Assembly (NCBI RefSeq): GCF_964188315.1
Contig: NC_135667.1
Coordinates: forward strand, 25,606,001-25,670,000
Length of the DNA: 64,000 nucleotides
Direction: 5' to 3'
Origin: Podarcis muralis
Taxonomy: Eukaryota
In this document: positions 58,101 to 64,000 of the stretch, piece after piece
How the letters are laid out: each line of letters opens with the position of its first letter
Position numbering within the stretch: position 1 is the first letter of the stretch
Program-made: the position numbers and the translations under genes
Notes under the pieces: model-generated
The model's input: the letters and a program-made list of their open reading frames with translations, nothing else
Databases searched by the model: none
Told to the model about the DNA's origin: nothing

Positions 58101-61100
58101 GAAAAATAAGAGGACTTAAGGTTCTACAGCAAGAGTGCGGATAGCAGCTCCATCCACAGTTGATTCCTACCTGCTTCAATCTTGTATTCCACACAATGGC
58201 ATCTTTGATAATGCTGAAGTTCTGACTTGATGAAACCCTTCCAACCAAGACTTTTAGGTAGGTCTCATTGGGGAAAGTCACCCAGTTGATGATATCATAT
58301 CCAATGGACAAATCCTTCTTCTCAAAAAAGAATTCCTGGGCAGCTCCATTGTTAAAGTGGATGTTTTCCAGGAAAGCATGGAGCTGGATTGGAAGAAAAT
58401 AAAACGAGTTTTATAAGATGGTAGCCATAGTTTCTGCATGCCCTCAATATGCCATGAGGTCATTTACAAGCATTTTAAATTACAGCTGAAGTGAAGTACA
58501 GAGAAAAGTTCAAAAGCTGTCTGTTACCTTATTTCCACACATTATGGGTAGCAGTTTTATGATTTAATTCTCTCCAAGTAATGACCAGGATTTGGTCCCT
58601 AGCCTACCTTTTGTTCTAAACAGAGAAAACAGGCATATATTTTTCTTTCTTTCTTAGCAAGCACAGTGAATGCTGATATAGATCATTTCTTTCCCCATGG
58701 ATGGGGGCATATACCCATACAGTTTTGTGTTCCTTTCTCTTTTCCCAGTGTTTTGCTGTGTTAGCCATGCTGTTCTATTGCCTAATAACCATGGTAGCCA
58801 TTTTGTGACTGGTGCCCACAACATGTTCTCAAAACTGAATTACAAATAGGTACTCCCAGCCTTAAAGTGATTAATTTACCTGCCATGGGTGAACATTCAC
58901 AGGCTCCACATTGACTTTATGCAACATAGCTTTTGGTCTGGAAAAGTATATAGCATGCAAAGCATGTGCCACAGCATAGACACCATTGTAGATACTGTAG
59001 CTCTCACCAGACATATCCATCTCAAAAACCTTGGCAGGAAGATCTTCTAAATATTCCTCTCTACAATTTTCACACCGTAGCAGTGCTAATCGCCAGAAGA
59101 AACAGAGGAACATACTTAGTGTTTTATCAAACTTTACATTCAGAAGGAAATCATGGAAACCTGGAACTGTATCTGTGTGGACAGAGAAGGAAAATGCACC
59201 AAAGAAAATGTTTCTGCCAATCAGTTCTCCCTTTAAGAAGGTGCTGAAATACCACTGAAGCGGCATGATCCAAACCTTCCCTACATTGGTGTTCTTCTTG
59301 ATTTCATTTATTTCCATCAAGTATGTTAAGCTATTCGACAACAGAGCATCCGCCTTGAGAATAATCACACTGGCATTGCTTGAAATAAGTATTTGCATTA
59401 ATTCCATGATTCTTTCAGTGCATTCAGGTTTCCAGTAATTATTAAGAAGAAAATGAGTTACTATTTCCCTTATCAAGAAAGCAATGCATATGTTGTTGTG
59501 GATAAACAAAGAAGACAGCTTCTGTGCAAAGCTTTCCCCTGCATCATCATCAGATACAATGAGGCCAACCCACGTCCATCTAAAATGCAGGAGTAGCTGG
59601 ATGATACCAACATGATGTATGGTTTCTCTTGGTGCTGTCCAGTATGAAAAAGGGAAATCACTTTTATCTTTCACTGTAGCTTCAAATGAGTCAAAGGTGA
59701 TCTAACAAATGAGCAAACATACGTTTTCTTTTAAAACTCAAGATTTTTTTTAAAAAAAACTGCCTTTATAAGCATCTGCAACCAAAAGACCCAATCCAGG
59801 TGATGACTATGTTCACACATGACATTCAAAAAGTATACAATTTGTGAATTTGTTTACACAATACTTGAGCTATACACTTACTGTTATTCACATTTAATTT
59901 TCAATGTGTGTACAATCTTTGAACAAAACAATGATATCTGTAAGAATAGGAAATGTCTCCAACATTAATACACCAATTTTCACAAATGTGCAAGGATCCC
60001 CCCTTTTTTTAGTTCTTAGGAAATGCTGAATGAAAAAAAAAATCTTTCTTTTAATGTTCTACATACTTCATTTCAAAAGTTGATCAATAGCTCTGCTAAA
60101 TAAAGATTTACAACACCTGTCTCTGCTAAAGTAGTACCTAGTATATAAAAGTAAGCCTAGGGCTCTTGCAAACCAGTGTTTTCTTGTGGGTGTAATCTGC
60201 AATGTGGTCTTGAAACAAAAACAGTGTGTTGGTAGTAGATTAATTCTGCTTAATTACTTTTTCTGTGATATATCCAATGTAATTACATTATTGCCGTCAA
60301 AGTGAGATAGAACAACGCAGAATATTTTTGGTATAAGAAGGTACAGGATTTCAGCAGATGTACCATGTGCACGGCTCAAAAATTGATGTTTACCTTTTAA
60401 AATTATGTCTACTTTTGAAATTATGATTATATATATGTCAATTAGAAAGAAAATATAAACTATTCCACAAACTTTTACAGTAATTGGTATATATGGCAAT
60501 AGTTACTTTTGCATTCTTTATTTATCTTCAGGTTGTTCCTGAAGAAGAAAACACAGTTTCTTCACATTCTTCACATTCTTCACAAACACATTGAGCTTCC
60601 CAAACTATTAATATTCAGCACTTATGTGAACCAATTACATATTTCATCTCTCTTTTTTTTATTCAAAGAAAGGAAAAATTGAGAGGGTATAACTGAACAG
60701 CAAGCATGCACATACCTGTGGAATTTTGAAGTTACTTAAGATGGAGGCCATCTGCATGGAGTATTCTGAAGTGAGTCCTCCAGTAACAGAAAATACATCT
60801 TTACTACCACACTTGTAATTTGGTATATTATTTTTCTGTTTGAAAAGTAGATCCAGGGTGGCCTCATATGTTCTTCTTGAGTTATATAGGTTGTCAAAGA
60901 TATGGAACCCCAGTGTGATATTGGGCAACAGCCGTGGGTTATTGTTGATCTCATTAATGGCAAAAATCATGGCGAGGACATGTTGATAATGTTTAAACTT
61001 TATGCTTCAATGAGGTTCACAATGAGATTTACAAAGGTCAATTAGATATTATGGATTAGCAGACTGCAAATTGTCAAGGAACACACACAGAGAATGGGAA

Positions 61101-62304
61101 AAAATTAGGGCCCCTTTATTAAAATAACATAAGAACATAATGAAGTCATAAAATTTCATAGTGGGCAATGAAAACTATGTGAAACCCAATTCTATCAGGC
61201 TCCTTAGCATATTGACTGGGTGAGCGTACCATATGGTGAGTTGGTTCTGAATTCTAACTTTCACCTTTTGGCACTCTTAAGAAGAGGATACAAAACTCCA
61301 ATACAGTGATGCACACTATCCCCAAAAGTGATCCATATCCTGCTCCATGGGCCACAGATCCCAATGTGTAAGTCTCTGGGATCATTATTCATCTCAAACA
61401 TGCCTCAGAGTACTCACCATCTGTTTCTACCTCTTCCGCTGTCCACACACACCTGCCCCAAAGTGAAGACAAGTCCCCTGTTTCATTTACCATCCAGCTC
61501 GGTGGTGTTTTTAATTACTGAAAAGCTATTAGACAACTCCCTAATAGCTTGAGAAAGGCAGGTTACTATCAGAAAAGAAGTGTGAATTTTGATTCAGCAT
61601 CTTAAGGCAGAGTTGTTGAACTGAGTCAGACAAATGGGGATTAAGGAAAATATTTTCTTGTAAACCTGGGACAGATCCAGCCAGAATTACGGTAAGCACT
61701 TTGTCCTAATGATTAGCTTGCTGCCTTTGGATCAGTTGGACTTAACAATTGTCTGGTTATTGCCAGTGGAATTGCCTATTTTTAAAGCATGGTGGGCAGG
61801 ATACCATTTTTGGGCAGGAAGGGTGTCATGCCCTAATTTCTCTTCCTCCCTCCCATTAAAGTGCGCTGTTTTGAAGGGCTTTTCCTAGGAAAATTGGGGG
61901 TGGGGTCAAAATCCTACACTATTGTACCACCCACAGTGGGTAGGTCTCTAATAAATGTATTACAATTAGAAATTGAAATTATACATCTTGCCCATTAACA
62001 TCATATGAAAAGCAGAACTTTGTAGCATTCCACACACATCTGTTGTGTACTAGTAAAAAAACATATGCAAAACTTACAGAGGAAAATCATGAATTCTGTA
62101 TGGAACGAATGTAAAATTGAGCAAATATACCCCATGTTGTATAAGAGAAAGAATCCCACCGATGATCACTTCTCCAGGCTTATACAAATTGTATTGGGTG
62201 TTTGTGCATTTTTCTGACGTTTTCTTGCAAGCAAAGGGAGGAAGCTGTAGCTGCAACAGCAGCAGCAACAGCAAGCACCTTAATTCAAATACATGCCTGC
62301 CCAT
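55139..62304 (-). CDS. V2R gene 4, open frame, 860 aa
   Basis: Exons 62304-62078, 61004-60716, 59701-58880, 58383-58171, 57683-57557 and 56043-55139. 2583 nt total. The exon 2 acceptor is AAG rather than CAG. Confidence 0.9.
56266..56618 (-). mobile_element. 5'-truncated BovB (RTE) LINE in V2R-4 intron 5
   Basis: [42 protein letters not shown]; (caa)n tail; 11 bp TSD agtgaatacat. Confidence 0.93.
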
Positions 62305-63349
62305 ACCACAACTGCACAACGGCATGCTTTGCCACACAAAAAGCAGCAACTGTAAGAGGTCAATTTATCCCTTCTGCATGTGTCACAACAAACACACACC
62401 CTCCAACCTATGCAGCACATTGTAACCAGTACTTAAGTGAGCTCAAAATTTGAAGCACTTGTTTTTAATCTCTCCGTCTCTCTTTTTTGATTACAGATTA
62501 AGGAAAAACAATAATAGTGTTTTTCATAATTACATAGTGGATAAACATCTCCCTGATGTCACAAAGTGTGAAATACTTGTTTTTCCTTCCTCGTTTGCAA
62601 CCTTCATAGGGGCGCATGCCAGTAGTGCACAGGGGCAAATGAAAAAGTGGGCAAAGCAAGACATTCAGATTTTACTTTTGTTCAGTAAATTAGTTTCTGC
62701 ACTCACGCACCCCTTTCTCAAGTAGGGCCAGTGATGGATGTGGCCTGGAAAGAGATAGCGTGGCACTGGCATTTCTCCTAATATACATACTTTAGTGTAC
62801 CAGTTTGCCAAATATATCCCTTTTTGCAAGCAGTTCTGCATAATGTAATATACTGCATGTTTGCATGTAGCTTTCACTAACGTACACTTTTAATGTTCAC
62901 TTCCCCCCAATATATGCATTTCAGTATAAAGGTTGAAGAACTGCACACAATATTCAGAACAGTGTGAATTTTGTAGAATATTTGTTTTTACGTTTGGCTG
63001 TTGTTTGGGGAATTGTCGTTATATAGGTCTGCAATAAAATTTGAACCAAATTGAATTTCTAGTGCAGCTGTGAAAAAGTTGTTAAAAAGAGGAAAAGTGG
63101 AGGGGTTTGACAATTTGCACTTGCTCAGCGTAGAGACAGAAAGAGCCACTCTGTATGTGCTCAAAGACACTTTTACTATATTCTGTCTAGCTAGTAGATT
63201 TTTTTTCTTTTTGACTATGAAACCCAGACATGGTTTGTTGACTGCAGCTAATGTGCACAATGATTCTTACTGAGATACATAAACTTGTTGCACTTAGCAA
63301 ATTAAGTTCCTAAGTTAATATGGGAAATGCTATTCACAATGGTCTTTAA

Positions 63350-63382
<33 letters not shown>

Positions 63383-63385
<3 letters not shown>

Positions 63386-64000
63386 GGTTTTGGTGTCCTC
63401 GGGTATCTTCCCGTGTAAAAGTTGGGGTGTCTAGGCGACGTTTCGACGAGGTCTCACTCGTCATCTTCAGGCTGGTGCTTTCGGCTTCTTGTTACTGGAA
63501 CAGAGCAGGATCTCAGTGTTTGAGTTCCTATAAATACTGTTGAGGAGGTGTGGCCTCCAATGTTCTAGGCAGAGAGGAAGTTCCCAGGCTAGTGTGCCTT
63601 TTCTTCTTTTGTTCCTTAATTGCTTGAGGGATATCTTGAGTGATTTCTTGAGTGATATCCTGAGTACCACTTAGGTGGGTCATTAGGTGTGGATTAGTTA
63701 CTAAAGCCTTTGTGTCTTGACCTCTTGAACTTTGTGAAGAGTTTTTCTGAGAAGATGGGTGTACTACATTTAGTTGTGCTCTGGCTTGGCTTCGTGTATA
63801 GGGGCGAGCTGTGGTTTTGTGGCCTGTGCCAGCCAGATCTGTGTAGGGATTGCAGGGGGGTGCAGCATCCGGAGGTGCCACCATGGTTTGGCTACTGGAT
63901 GGTGTCTGTAATTTATCTGTGGAGAGGGTCTGGGTTTGGGTCTGGTGTGGTTGATTGGTGATGGCGTTCTGTGTGCCTCTGGATCTGGTGTCAGTTTTTG
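63383..64000 (-). mobile_element. Penelope-like element (3' end / pseudo-LTR), runs off the window, inserted in a (TA)n tract
   Basis: Similarity to copy A stops at the TA run. Contains the ctgaaga...gaaacgtc motif typical of PLE ends and a low-complexity Thr/Gln/Pro-rich minus-strand frame. Confidence 0.75.
63430..63476 (-). ncRNA. Minimal type I hammerhead ribozyme-like motif
   Basis: CUGAAGA-u-GACGAG-ugagac-CUCGUC-GAAA-C-GUC; stem I is weak. Confidence 0.55.

Larger units (their letters stand above)
43135..63382. repeat. Tandem segmental duplication of a ~10 kb V2R unit: copy A ~43135-52963, copy B ~53518-63382
   Basis: Continuous colinear similarity across introns and flanks, from caaaagtgtgatgatggtatg to ctttaactca(ta)n. 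Confidence 0.93.

Noticed and set aside
63528-63884. 118 aa ORF as a host gene
   Set aside because: Low-complexity frame within the Penelope-like element, truncated by the window edge.

Overview
Eukaryotic (vertebrate) genomic DNA, almost certainly a squamate and probably a lacertid lizard. This is inferred from Sauria SINEs with (ACCTTT)n tails, BovB, young L2 and Penelope elements, and six-exon V2R genes. The window is a mixed chemoreceptor cluster. It holds four single-exon olfactory receptor (OR) loci: one intact, one broken by a Tigger-like MITE, one split by a young LINE, and one with an out-of-frame start codon. It also holds four six-exon vomeronasal type-2 receptor (V2R, class C GPCR) genes on the minus strand, which I assembled by hand from GT/AG splice sites. 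Three have full open frames and one has a homopolymer frameshift. The last two V2Rs lie in a ~10 kb tandem duplication that differs by copy-specific transposon insertions and contains a near-identical central tract suggestive of gene conversion. I see no CRISPR array, rRNA, true tRNA or prokaryotic system, and I cannot support a claim of a wholly new biological system. The most interesting leads are: (1) a LINE insertion that displaced an OR N-terminus while supplying a new in-frame ATG; (2) an OR embedded between V2R genes; (3) the conversion-like tract over the V2R ligand-binding exons; (4) a minimal hammerhead ribozyme-like motif in a Penelope end; (5) an alternating hairpin array with compensatory changes inside a MITE. 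All coordinates and difference counts were read by eye, and repeat family names are from recall, not from a database search.
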